Shown in pieces: positions 51,784-60,975 of a stretch of 64,000 nt of DNA. The stretch comes from an uncultured Acidobacteriota bacterium (GTDB lineage Bacteria > Acidobacteriota > Vicinamibacteria > Vicinamibacterales > CAVVIG01): the NCBI GenBank assembly GCA_963728825.1, contig CAVSLA010000001.1, positions 423,886 to 487,885 on the forward strand. The letters run 5' to 3'. The position numbers and the translations under genes were made by a program. Every line of letters starts with the position of its first letter. The first letter of the stretch is position 1. The notes under the pieces were generated by a model that saw only the letters and a list, made by a program, of their open reading frames with translations, was not told the DNA's origin and did not search any database.

Positions 51784-52504
51784 CACCGCCGCGGGCGCGA
51801 CCCGGCCCGGACACCACCGCCTCGACGACAGCGGCCCTGGGCACCGAAGCCTTGGCGGAGGTGGCCATCGGGCGCTGGCGCATCACTTCGACAACCTCGC
51901 CCAGCAGCAGGAAGCAGCCACGCTGGGCATGTGGGTCTTCCTGGTCACCGAGGTACTGTTCTTCGGCGGGCTGTTCGCCGCCTACTCGCTCTACCGCGCC
52001 TGGTATCCGGACGCCTTTGCCGCGGCGAGTCATACGCTGGACATCACGCTCGGCACGGTGAACACCGCCGTCCTGATCACCAGCAGCTTGACGATGGCGC
52101 TGGCGGTCCACGCGGCGCAGCTCGGCGAGCGGCATCGGCTGATGCTGTTTCTGATCGCGACGATGATTCTCGGCGGCGTGTTCCTGGGCATCAAAGGCGT
52201 CGAATACGCCCACAAGTTCACCGAGCATCACGTGCCCGGTCCCTCGTTTCACTTCGAGGAAGAGCACCTGTCAGCCCAGGCGCAGCTGTTTTTCTCGCTC
52301 TATTTCGTGATGACCGGCCTCCACGCGCTGCACATGGTGATCGGGCTCGGGATCATGGCGTGGATGCTGTGGTGGGCGTGGAACGGCACGATCGGACGTG
52401 ACTACTACAGTCCGATCGAAGTCAGCGGCCTCTACTGGCACTTCGTCGACATCGTCTGGATCTTCCTGTTCCCGCTCTTATATCTCATCGGAAGACACGG
52501 ATGA
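51773..52504 (+). CDS. ctaE: Cytochrome c oxidase subunit III
   Basis: [67 protein letters not shown]. Confidence 0.85.
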
Positions 52505-52747
52505 CGTCCTGTTCTTGATACGCGCGAGCACAACGGTGCGAGCGCGTCGGCGAGTGGGGGTGGGGCCCCACGAGAAGTAAAGTTGACGTCCTGTTCTTGT
52601 TACGCACGAGCACTGCGGTGCGAGCGCGTCGGCGAGTGGGAGTGGGGCCCCACGAGAAGTAAAGTTGACGTCCTGTTCTTGTTACGCACGAGCACTGCGG
52701 TGCGAGCGCGTCGGCGAGTGGGGGTGGGGCCCCACGAGAAGTAAAGA
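52502..52747. repeat. Tandem repeat, 3 x 82 bp, equal to a triplicated ctaE-ctaF intergenic spacer
   Basis: Units start at 52502, 52584 and 52666, each with TGACGTCCTGTTCTTG, and differ at a few positions. The first TGA is the ctaE stop, and the third unit ends at the ctaF ATG (52748). Each unit carries GTGGGG-GTGGGG-CCCCAC. Confidence 0.9.
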
Positions 52748-53041
52748 ATGTCTGACTACATCGTTCCGACCCGCACCTATTACCTGATTTTTGCCGCCCT
52801 GATGGTCGGAACCTACATCACCGTGCAGGCGGCGTTCATCGATCTCGGGGCGCTGAACACCGTCGTCGCGCTGGCGATCGCCTGCATCAAGGCGACGCTC
52901 GTCATCCTGTTCTTCATGCACGTGAAGTACAGCACGCGCCTGACCTGGGCGGTCGTGGCCGGGAGTGTCTTCTGGCTGGGAATCCTGCTGACGCTGACCT
53001 TCAGCGACTACCTGACACGGGCCTGGCGGACTTTCGGATAG
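52748..53041 (+). CDS. ctaF: Cytochrome c oxidase subunit IV (prokaryotic COX4_pro family)
   Basis: 97 aa, three TM helices, with the ..CIKATLVILFFMHVKY signature. Confidence 0.8.
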   Translation: MSDYIVPTRTYYLIFAALMVGTYITVQAAFIDLGALNTVVALAIACIKATLVILFFMHVKYSTRLTWAVVAGSVFWLGILLTLTFSDYLTRAWRTFG

Positions 53042-53219
53042 CGTCAGGCATAGCCGCAGCGCGCCTGTCAGTTTTCAGGCGGGCGATTATACTGTCGGCG
53101 TTTCCCGTGATTGATCCCACGTCCACCCTCGAAGCCACCGTCGCCCTGCTCGAAGCGACCCTCGAGGCGACCAGGGAGCTTGGGCAACGCATTCGCGACG
53201 TCCACGCTCCAACCGCCCG

Positions 53220-55328
53220 ATGAGGCGAGCGGAGGCGGTCCTCCTCGCAACGCTGGTCGGCGCGTGGATCGCGCCGCCAGCCGCGAAGGCAGCGCTGAAT
53301 GTCACCCACGGCCTCACTATTCAGCCGTTCACCAACCTGAATCAGGCGGGCACCCGATTCTTTGGCTACCTCACGGTTCTGCGGGGGGGCCTTTTCCGGT
53401 TCGAGACACGATCGGCCGCGCCGTCGACGCTTCAGGTCGACGGGAGCACCGCACCCGAACGATCGATGGCGGCGGGTGCGCATTTCCTGCTGATCGAATT
53501 GACGCACGACGGTCAGCCGCCAGCGTTTGAACTGCTCTGGGCGAAGGACGACGGAGCGTTGGCGTCAGTCCCGCTCTGGCGGTTGACGACCTCGCGAGTC
53601 GACACCTGGCGGTTGCTCCTGTTGCGGAGTCTCGAATGGGCACGAGTGGCGGTGACGCTTCTTGCCCTGGCCTACGTGCTGGTTCGCCGGCGGGCGCCGC
53701 TGTCCAATGCCGCACGCCTTCGTCCGCAAACCGCCGCGTTCGGGTTGTTCGTGCTGCTGGCCGTCATGCACACCTGGCCGCTGGCGGCAGACCCGGCCGG
53801 CCTGTCGCGCCACGACAACAGCGATGCGATGCTGAACGAGTGGGCGCTCGGGTGGGTGGCGCATCAAATCGTGCGCGACCCGCTCGATCTGTTTGATGCG
53901 AACATCTTTTTTCCGGAGCGCAACACCCTCGCCTACTCGGAGGCCATGCTGGTGCAGGGCGCTCTCGGCGCACCGCTCATCTGGGCCGGCGCGTCCACCC
54001 TCTTCGCCTACAACCTCGTCCTGCTGGCGGGTTTCGCGTTGACCGGGTGGGCGACCGCGCTCGTCGCCGCGCGCTGGACCGGCGATTGGACCGCCGGACT
54101 GGCCGCCGGCATCGTCGCGGCCTTCAATGCCCACACGTTGACCCGGCTGCCTCACCTCCAGGCGCTGCACGTCGAATTCCTGCCGCTGGCCCTGGCCGCG
54201 CTCGATTCGCTGTTGCGCGAGCCGCGGGCGGGGCATGCGATGCGGCTTGCCGGGTGGTTCACTCTGCAATCGCTCGCCTCGATTTACCTGCTCGTCTTCT
54301 CAGCATTCGCCCTGACCGCCGCGGCATTGGCGCGCCCGCGCGAGTGGAGCGGACGCCGCTTTCGACCGGTGGCATTCTTATTCGTGGCGGCGGCCGCGCT
54401 CAGCTTCGTCCTGCTGCTGCCCTATCTTCAGGCGTATTGGCAGGTCCATCGCGAACAGGGGGCCGTGCGGCCGCTCGCGGATGTCGAGCTGTACTCCGCG
54501 TCGTGGAACGACTATCTATCGAGCCCATCACGCGTTCATTTCAACACCTGGAGTTACCGGTGGTTCACGGGAACGGCGCTGTTCCCCGGATTCGTCGCGC
54601 TCGGTCTCGCCGCGCTGGCAGTTGGCCGCGGCATCGCGTGGCGGAATCCGCGGGCCCGGATGTGCCTGGCATTCGGTCTCTGCGGCCTGGTGTTGTCGTT
54701 TGGCACCAAGGTGCCCGGCTACGCCGGGCTGTATGAAATTCTGCCGCCTCTTCAGGCGGTCCGCGCCGTGTCCCGGTTCGGATACCTGACGGTGATGGCG
54801 ATCGCGCTGCTCGCCGCGTTCGGGCTGGCAGCGCTCCGCGCACGTGTGCCGCCGCGGCGATGGCCGGCCATCGCCTCCGTACTGCTCGTGGCGCTCACAC
54901 TGGAACCGCTCGTCGCGCCCATTCACCTCACCCGCTTCAGCGGCATCCCGTCGATCTATGAGGCGGTCGCCGACGACCCTGCCGCGGTCGTCGCCGAACT
55001 GCCGATGCCGGGCGGATTCGGCTGGTTCGGCAACGCGCGCTACGTGCTGAACTCGACGAAACATTGGCGGCCGTTACTGAACGGTTACAGCGGCTTTGCG
55101 CCCGCCAGCTTCCACGAACATGTCTCGGCGCTCGCCGGCTTTCCGCAGCCGGCCGCCATTGCGGCGCTGCAGGCGACCGGCGTGACGCACGTGTTCGTTC
55201 ACCTGGACGGCTATACGCCGGAACAGCGATCGCTGATGGAGAACGACGCGTCGCTCACGAGGATGCGGGCTGAGGATCGTACCGTGCTGTACCGCGTGAC
55301 TCAGCGGTCGGCGAGGCAGGCAGAGTGA
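53220..55328 (+). CDS. Large polytopic membrane protein with an N-terminal beta-rich extracytoplasmic domain (possibly a GT-C-like glycosyltransferase); function unknown
   Basis: 702 aa. The N-terminal ~110 aa are soluble-looking (..FFGYLTVLRGGLFRFETRSAAPSTLQVDG..), followed by more than 10 hydrophobic helices and a C-terminal soluble domain. Confidence 0.55.
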   Translation: MRRAEAVLLATLVGAWIAPPAAKAALNVTHGLTIQPFTNLNQAGTRFFGYLTVLRGGLFRFETRSAAPSTLQVDGSTAPERSMAAGAHFLLIELTHDGQPPAFELLWAKDDGALASVPLWRLTTSRVDTWRLLLLRSLEWARVAVTLLALAYVLVRRRAPLSNAARLRPQTAAFGLFVLLAVMHTWPLAADPAGLSRHDNSDAMLNEWALGWVAHQIVRDPLDLFDANIFFPERNTLAYSEAMLVQGALGAPLIWAGASTLFAYNLVLLAGFALTGWATALVAARWTGDWTAGLAAGIVAAFNAHTLTRLPHLQALHVEFLPLALAALDSLLREPRAGHAMRLAGWFTLQSLASIYLLVFSAFALTAAALARPREWSGRRFRPVAFLFVAAAALSFVLLLPYLQAYWQVHREQGAVRPLADVELYSASWNDYLSSPSRVHFNTWSYRWFTGTALFPGFVALGLAALAVGRGIAWRNPRARMCLAFGLCGLVLSFGTKVPGYAGLYEILPPLQAVRAVSRFGYLTVMAIALLAAFGLAALRARVPPRRWPAIASVLLVALTLEPLVAPIHLTRFSGIPSIYEAVADDPAAVVAELPMPGGFGWFGNARYVLNSTKHWRPLLNGYSGFAPASFHEHVSALAGFPQPAAIAALQATGVTHVFVHLDGYTPEQRSLMENDASLTRMRAEDRTVLYRVTQRSARQAE

Positions 55329-56646
55329 CAACGAACGTCGAACCCAGACCTTCCGTGCTCGAGCATGAAATCGTCCCTCGATGCGACTCGACGATGGCCC
55401 GGGCCACCGCCAGACCCAGGCCCGCGCCGCCGGTCGCGCGCGACCTCGCCTGATCGACGCGAAAGAACCGATCGAACACGTACGGCAGAGCGGCCGCCGG
55501 AATGCCCGTGCCGGTATCCGCCATCTCGATCCTGGCGCCGTCGTCAGCCGCCGACAGCGAAACAGTCACGCGGCCGTCCGGCCGGTTATAGACGATGGCA
55601 TTGGTCATCAGGTTGACGATCGCTTCTCTCAGCTGCTCCTCGTCGCCGACCACCTGCAGGTCGTCGCCGACCACCTGCAGCCGGACGGACCGCTCGACCG
55701 CGAGGGGCTCGAGCCACGCCGCCACTTCAGCGAGCATGTCACGCAGCGGAATGACGGAAGCGGTCGGGTTCTGATCGCCGCTCTCGGCACGCGCCAACGC
55801 CAGCAACCGCTCGACGATCCCCTGCATCCGAACGACCGCCCGGCGGCAGACGGACAACGAGTCGCGGAGCTGGTCTGCCGATTGTTCGCGGCCAAGTGTC
55901 GCGTCGATTTCGGCCCGCAAGATCGAGAGCGGTGTTCTCAGCTCGTGCGACGCATCGGCGACGAACCGGCGCTCGTGCTGGATCGCGAGTCGCAGCTTGT
56001 CGAACGCGTTGTTGAGCGACGCCGCGACCTGGCCAAGCTCCGTTTCGGTGCGATCGATTGGAATGCGGGCGTGCAGATCGCCGTCGGACATCGCCCGCGC
56101 GACCCGGCTGATCCGTTCGATCGGCGCCAATGCCCGCCGGGCGACGAACCAGCCGCCGAGGACAGCGAGCGCCAGCATCGCCGCCGCCGCGAGGGTCACG
56201 TTGACGGTCAGTTGCCACATGGCCGCGCGCAGCTGCGCCGTGCTCCGGCCGACGAGCACGACGGCGCCGGCCGCCGCCGCACCGGCCACCTCGCGGCGTC
56301 CGTCGATCATCCGGGCGCCCGGCCGCTCCGGGTACGGCACCTGCACGTCGGGATTCGACGAAGCAACCAGCTCGCGGCTGCGATTCCAGACCACGAAATA
56401 GCGGGCACCGTCGTCCTGCCGGAAGTAGTCGAGCGCGTCGCCTGGCAACTCCAGATCGAATCGTCCACCCGGCACCGGTTGGAGTGCTCCGGCGACCTGC
56501 TGTGTGAGCGAGTGCAGCTCGCGGTCCATTTCGGCAATCATCGATCGCCAGAACTGGTAACAGACGGTGGATCCGTAGAGCGCGACCACCAGCCCCAGAA
56601 TCAGGGCGTACCAGAGCACGAGCCGCACGCGGAGCGACTCAACCAT
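55255..56646 (-). CDS. Sensor histidine kinase (two TM, HAMP, HisKA, HATPase_c)
   Basis: H-box FVADASHELRTPLS, N-box NAIVYN, and G-boxes DTGTGIP and GGAGLGLAV. Confidence 0.85.
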   Translation of the reverse strand: MVESLRVRLVLWYALILGLVVALYGSTVCYQFWRSMIAEMDRELHSLTQQVAGALQPVPGGRFDLELPGDALDYFRQDDGARYFVVWNRSRELVASSNPDVQVPYPERPGARMIDGRREVAGAAAAGAVVLVGRSTAQLRAAMWQLTVNVTLAAAAMLALAVLGGWFVARRALAPIERISRVARAMSDGDLHARIPIDRTETELGQVAASLNNAFDKLRLAIQHERRFVADASHELRTPLSILRAEIDATLGREQSADQLRDSLSVCRRAVVRMQGIVERLLALARAESGDQNPTASVIPLRDMLAEVAAWLEPLAVERSVRLQVVGDDLQVVGDEEQLREAIVNLMTNAIVYNRPDGRVTVSLSAADDGARIEMADTGTGIPAAALPYVFDRFFRVDQARSRATGGAGLGLAVARAIVESHRGTISCSSTEGLGSTFVVTLPASPTAESRGTARYDPQPASS

Positions 56647-57295
56647 CGATGATGTAGCCGTGGCCGCGCCGCGTCTGAATCACCTCGGCGCCGAGCTTGC
56701 GCCGCAGCGCTGCGACGTGCACGTCGACCACGTTCGAGAAGACGTCACTGCCATCATCGTAGATGTGCTCGCAGATCGCGGTCCGTGTGACGAGCGAGCC
56801 GCGCCGGTTCATCAGAAACTCGAGCACCGAATACTCGCGGGCGGTCAGCGGCACCGGCGCGTCCTGCCGATAGACACGCCGCGCCGACATATCGACCCGG
56901 ATGCAGCCGAACACGTGCACCGGACCGGGGTGGCCGGCGGCACGCCGGACCAGCGCCCGGAGGCGGGCGATCAGCTCTGCGGTGTCGAACGGCTTGAGCA
57001 GGTAATCGTCCGCCCCCAGATCGAGCGCGCTCACCCGATCTTCGACGGCCAAACGGGCGGTCAGGACCAGGACCGGGACTCGCGCTCCCGAGGTACGCAG
57101 GTCTTTCAGCACTACCCAACCGCTTCGTTTCGGCACCATCAGATCCAGCACCACGACGTCATAGTCAATCTCGGCGAGCGCGAACGCTGCCTCATCGCCG
57201 TCGACCGCGACATCGACCGCGAACTGCTGGTTCTCGAGCGACCGCTTCAAGGCGGCGGCCAGGTCCACTTCGTCTTCGACGAGCAGTACCCTCAT
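56639..57295 (-). CDS. OmpR-family response regulator
   Basis: MRVLLVEDEVDLAAAL..DVVVLDLMVP..LVLTAR..GADDYLLKPF receiver domain plus a winged-helix C-terminus (..VHVAALRRKLG..IQTRRGHGYI). The ATG at 57295 overlaps the upstream stop (ATGA). Confidence 0.9.
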   Translation of the reverse strand: MRVLLVEDEVDLAAALKRSLENQQFAVDVAVDGDEAAFALAEIDYDVVVLDLMVPKRSGWVVLKDLRTSGARVPVLVLTARLAVEDRVSALDLGADDYLLKPFDTAELIARLRALVRRAAGHPGPVHVFGCIRVDMSARRVYRQDAPVPLTAREYSVLEFLMNRRGSLVTRTAICEHIYDDGSDVFSNVVDVHVAALRRKLGAEVIQTRRGHGYIIDG

Positions 57296-57918
57296 CGTGG
57301 CCGCTCCGCCCGCGGCTCGATCCGGAAGTCGTCGAACGACACGACCGCGTCGGCGGCGGCCCACAGACCGACCGCACCCGAGCCGCGGAACGCGCGATCC
57401 CGCTCGCGGAACACCGGGATGCCCCCCAGGTAGACGCGCAGCGTGTTGTCGTCGCACACCACGCGGAGCGTGTGCCATGCTTCGACGTCGAGCTCGAGCT
57501 CGTCGTGTCGATCGATTCTGATCCGGTTGCCGTCGGTCACGCGGTACACCGCCAGATCCTGGGCGGCGAGATTCAGCTGAACGGCGTAGTGATTGAGCGG
57601 GTCGGCATAGCGGACGACAACGCCGGCGCGGCGGCTGCCGCCCCGCATCCGCATCCGGACCGACACTTCCACGTCGTCATAGGTTCCGTTGTCGACGGCG
57701 ACCCCGAAGCCGCCCGGCGCCGCCGCGTCGCCGCCGTACAGGAGAATGTGGGTATCACCTTCGCGCTGAACCAGCCACTTACCCGGCGGGCCGTCGCGGC
57801 CGACCGCGAAGAGGAAGCCGGCGGGCGGTTTGCCCGGGCCATCCTCCTCGAACGATCGCACGAGGCCCTGATCGGCGGTCGTCAGCAGCAGCAGAGCGAG
57901 GAGCGGCCCGCGCAGCAT
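57292..57918 (-). CDS. Secreted DUF1080/LamG-like (concanavalin-type jelly-roll) protein, first gene of the two-component operon
   Basis: Signal-like MLRGPLLALLLLTTA, then W..V..G.L (KWLVQREGDTHIL), YDDVEVSVRMRM, AGVVVRYAD..YAVQL, WHTLRVVCDDNTLRVYLGG, VGLWAAADAVVSFDDFRI. Confidence 0.6.
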   Translation of the reverse strand: MLRGPLLALLLLTTADQGLVRSFEEDGPGKPPAGFLFAVGRDGPPGKWLVQREGDTHILLYGGDAAAPGGFGVAVDNGTYDDVEVSVRMRMRGGSRRAGVVVRYADPLNHYAVQLNLAAQDLAVYRVTDGNRIRIDRHDELELDVEAWHTLRVVCDDNTLRVYLGGIPVFRERDRAFRGSGAVGLWAAADAVVSFDDFRIEPRAERPR

Positions 57919-57942
57919 TTCCAGGCGATTCTACTGCCGCCC

Positions 57943-57991
57943 GGATGAAGCCTTGGTGAAGACCAACGCCGGGCTTCATCCCGGCTTCATC
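57943..57991. promoter_or_regulatory. Inverted plus direct GGCTTCATC repeats in a divergent promoter region
   Basis: GGATGAAGCC (57943-57952) is the inverted partner of GGCTTCATCC (57972-57981). A second GGCTTCATC (57983-57991) lies 11 bp downstream in phase, the spacing typical of tandem OmpR-family half-sites. Confidence 0.3.
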
Positions 57992-58030
57992 TCGATTTGG
58001 CTATAACGTGGCCGACGGAGGATGGAACGG

Positions 58031-59281
58031 ATGTGTCGACTCGGTGTGATTGTGCTCGTGGTGTGTTGGTGGGTGCCGCTGTCGGCCCAGCCTCCGGCCA
58101 GCCAGCCCGGCGCGGCGATTCGGGTGTTTCTCGACTGCACTGACGATTGTTTCCAGGACTTCATCCGCGACGAGATTGACTTCGTCGAGTACGTTCGCGA
58201 TCGCCGCGAGGCCGACGTGCACGTCATCGTCACCTCGTCGACGACCGGCAGCAGCGGCCGCGAACGCGCGCTGTCGTTCATCGGACTTGGGCGCTTTGCC
58301 GGCATCGAGCACCAGTTGAAGGCGACGACCGAGGCCGGGGACTCCGAGGATCAACAGCGGCGCATGCTGGCCAGTGCCGTGACCATCGGCCTGCTGAACT
58401 ATCAGGCGGCCGGCGGCGTCGGCCGCGATTTGTCGGTCGACGTCCGCCTGGCCGGCACGCGTTCGTCGGCGACGCCGACCAGCGACCCGTGGAACAACTG
58501 GGTGATGAGCATCCGCGGCAGCGTGTCGGTGCAGGGCGAGGAGACCAGCCGCGAAATGCAGTTGAGCGGTGAGCTTGGCGCCGACCGGATCACCGCTGCC
58601 TGGAAGATCACCCTTGGCGCGCAGTTCGACCACTCGCGCGAGGACTTCGACCTCGATGAGGACGACCCGATCCGCGCGACGCGCGACGAGCGGGAATTCG
58701 ACTGGCTGGTCGCTCGGAGCCTCGACGACCATTGGTCGGTCGGGGCAATGGGGTCGCTCGAATCCTCCACCTTCGAGAACCTTGACGGCCAGGTGTACGG
58801 CGCGCCGGCGATCGAATTCAATGTCTTCCCGTACTCTGAATACACGCGCCGTCAGCTGCGCATGAACTATTCAATCGGCCCGTACTACGCCCGGTACAAC
58901 GAAGTGACGCTGTACGGGAAGCTGCACGACACGTTGGGCAGGCACGAAGCGTCGGTGACGCTCGACCAGCGCGAGCCCTGGGGATCGCTGGAGGTACGCT
59001 TCGAGGCGTCGAGCTACCTGCCGGGCCTGGACCGGCATCGCCTCGAGCTCGAAGGCGATGTCTCGCTCCGTCTGGCGCGGGGGCTGTCGTTCAACGTCGA
59101 AGGATCCGCCAGTCGATTGCGGGATCAGCTGTCGCTGCCGCGTCGAGATGCGACCTCCGACGAGGTCCTGCTCCGCCTCCGCCGGCTGCAGAGCGGCTAC
59201 GAGTACGAGTTGCAGATCGGTCTGACCTACACGTTTGGATCGATCTTCAACACGATCGTGAATCCACGGTTCGGTCAGTGA
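58031..59281 (+). CDS. Putative outer-membrane beta-barrel protein, unknown function
   Basis: Signal peptide MCRLGVIVLVVCWWVPLSAQ, an alternating strand pattern, and an aromatic-rich C-terminus LTYTFGSIFNTIVNPRFGQ. GGAGG lies 9 nt before the ATG at 58031; the track starts at 58022. Confidence 0.5.
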   Translation: MCRLGVIVLVVCWWVPLSAQPPASQPGAAIRVFLDCTDDCFQDFIRDEIDFVEYVRDRREADVHVIVTSSTTGSSGRERALSFIGLGRFAGIEHQLKATTEAGDSEDQQRRMLASAVTIGLLNYQAAGGVGRDLSVDVRLAGTRSSATPTSDPWNNWVMSIRGSVSVQGEETSREMQLSGELGADRITAAWKITLGAQFDHSREDFDLDEDDPIRATRDEREFDWLVARSLDDHWSVGAMGSLESSTFENLDGQVYGAPAIEFNVFPYSEYTRRQLRMNYSIGPYYARYNEVTLYGKLHDTLGRHEASVTLDQREPWGSLEVRFEASSYLPGLDRHRLELEGDVSLRLARGLSFNVEGSASRLRDQLSLPRRDATSDEVLLRLRRLQSGYEYELQIGLTYTFGSIFNTIVNPRFGQ

Positions 59282-59282
59282 C

Positions 59283-60807
59283 TCAGGCGGGCAGCGCGCC
59301 GGGACGTCCATCCTCGACGACAAACGACGCCCGCGTCCGGATCGGCGAACCGGGCTCGGTGACGTAGTCGACGATCTTGAAATCCACCCGCGCCTGCTTC
59401 GGCGTCAGCTCGCAGGAGACGTAGCCGCGCTGACCGTTGTAGAACCTGATGAAGGGGTTCTCGGCCAGCAGCGGCTTGATGTTGTCCGGCAGGTCGTCGC
59501 CGTCCCCGCCGGAGCTGATCGACGAGCAGGCGAGCTCGGTGGCAATCGTCGGCGATTTCGGGTTTGCGAAATCGCGCTTGAGATCGTTCACCCAGTGGCT
59601 GTGGATGTCGCCGGTCAGGACGATCGTGTTGCGGGTCAACGGGCTCGACAGCGCGTCCAGGAGGCGCGTGCGAGCTGCGTCGTATCCGTTCCAGTGGTCC
59701 ATGTAGTAGCGCTGATCGGGTCCCGGCGCGTAGTCGACCATCGCCATCAGCACCTGCTGGGGAATCACCGTCCAGCGCGCCGCCGAACGTCGCAGGCCAT
59801 CCACCAGCCACCGCTCCTGGGCTTCGCCCAGCATGGTCGTGGAAGCATCGCTCGCGGCGGGACAGAGCGGACCGGTCGGGCACAGCTGATCGGCCCGGTA
59901 TTGTCGCGTATCGAGCACGAAGAACGACGCAAGGTCGCCGTGCTGCAGGCCACGATAGAGCTGCAGAGCGCCGTCGCGCGGCCTCGACGAAGCCCGCAGC
60001 GGCATGTGCTCGTAGTAGGCCTGGTAAGCCGCCGCCCGCCGCTGCAGAAACGCCTCGACGGAAATCTGCTCTTCGGACACGGTACCGGCGTAATCGTTGT
60101 CGACCTCATGATCGTCCCAGGTCACCAGCCAGGGCGCAGCAGCGTGCGCCCGCTGGAGATCGGCATCGGTCTTGTACTGCGCGAAGCGGACCCGGTACTC
60201 GTCGAGCGTTCGTGGCTCGCCGCCAGCGTGACGGCGCACGCCCCCGGCGCGGCCGGCCGACTCGTAGATGTAATCACCGAGATGGAACACGAAGGCGACG
60301 TCTTCGTTGGCCAGATGGCCAAGCGGCGTGAAGTAACCCATCTCGAAGTTCTGGCACGAGACGAACGCAAAGCGCATCCGGTCGGCGCGCGCGGTCGCGA
60401 ACGGCAGCGTCCGGGTCCGGCCGATCGGGCTGGCCGCGCTGCCCGCATCGAACTGATACCAGTACCGGCCGATCGGGTCGAAGCCCCGACACCTCGACGT
60501 GCACCGAGTGCGCCCAGTCCGGCGACGCATCGACCGCCCCGCGGCGAACGATTCTCTGCATCCGCTCGTCTTCGGCAACCCGCCAGCGCACCTCGACGCG
60601 CTCGGGCGGCATGCCGCCGCCAATCAACGGATCTGGGGCCAGCCTGGTCCAGAGCACTACGCCGTCGGGAGCTGGATCGCCGGAAGCCACGCCCAGCGTG
60701 AACGGCGTCCCCTGAAACTTCGGGGCCCCGCGTTCAATCTGCCGGAAGTGGGGAGGGCCGGCGAGCAGCGCGAGCCCGCTACCGAGGAACGATCGCCGCG
60801 TCAGCAC
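59283..60807 (-). pseudogene. phoD: Alkaline phosphatase D (PhoD family, Tat-exported), interrupted by a single extra base near 60480
   Basis: The N-terminus, MLTRRSFLGSGLALLAG..FTLGVASGDPAPDGVVLWTRL..WAHSVHVEVSGL, is in one frame (track 60274..60807). The rest, DPIGRYWYQFDAG..MRFAFVSCQNFEMGYF..FHLGDYIYE..TWDDHEVDNDY.., is in another (track 59283..60623). Dropping one C in ggg ctt C gac ccg joins them into a normal-length PhoD. Confidence 0.8.
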
Positions 60808-60910
60808 GGGCCGCAGAGTACATCAGTCGCGGCAGGACGGCGATTCCCATTTTCACTGTTTCACGGTTCTTGACCGGCTGAACGCCTTACCCTAGGCTTA
60901 TCTAGGCAAG

Positions 60911-60934
60911 TGCCGGGCCGGAGAGGCCCGACCT
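60911..60934. repeat. Family C hairpin element, inverted orientation
   Basis: The reverse complement, aggtcgggcctctccggcccggca, matches the 19444 copy at about 20 of 24 positions. Stem CGGGCC/GGCCCG. Confidence 0.65.
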
Positions 60935-60975
60935 GCGCACGTCCCTTCAACCAATCGGTCTGGAGCAAAAGTGAG

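Noticed and set aside
52502-52747. Whether the 82-bp tandem repeats form a CRISPR array.
   Set aside because: The units are directly contiguous with no unique spacers, the period is too long, and no cas genes are nearby.
53062-53081. Hairpin CGCCTG-tcagtttt-CAGGCG after ctaF, considered as the operon terminator.
   Set aside because: It has only a 6-bp stem with an 8-nt loop and no downstream T-tract, which is too weak to call an intrinsic terminator.
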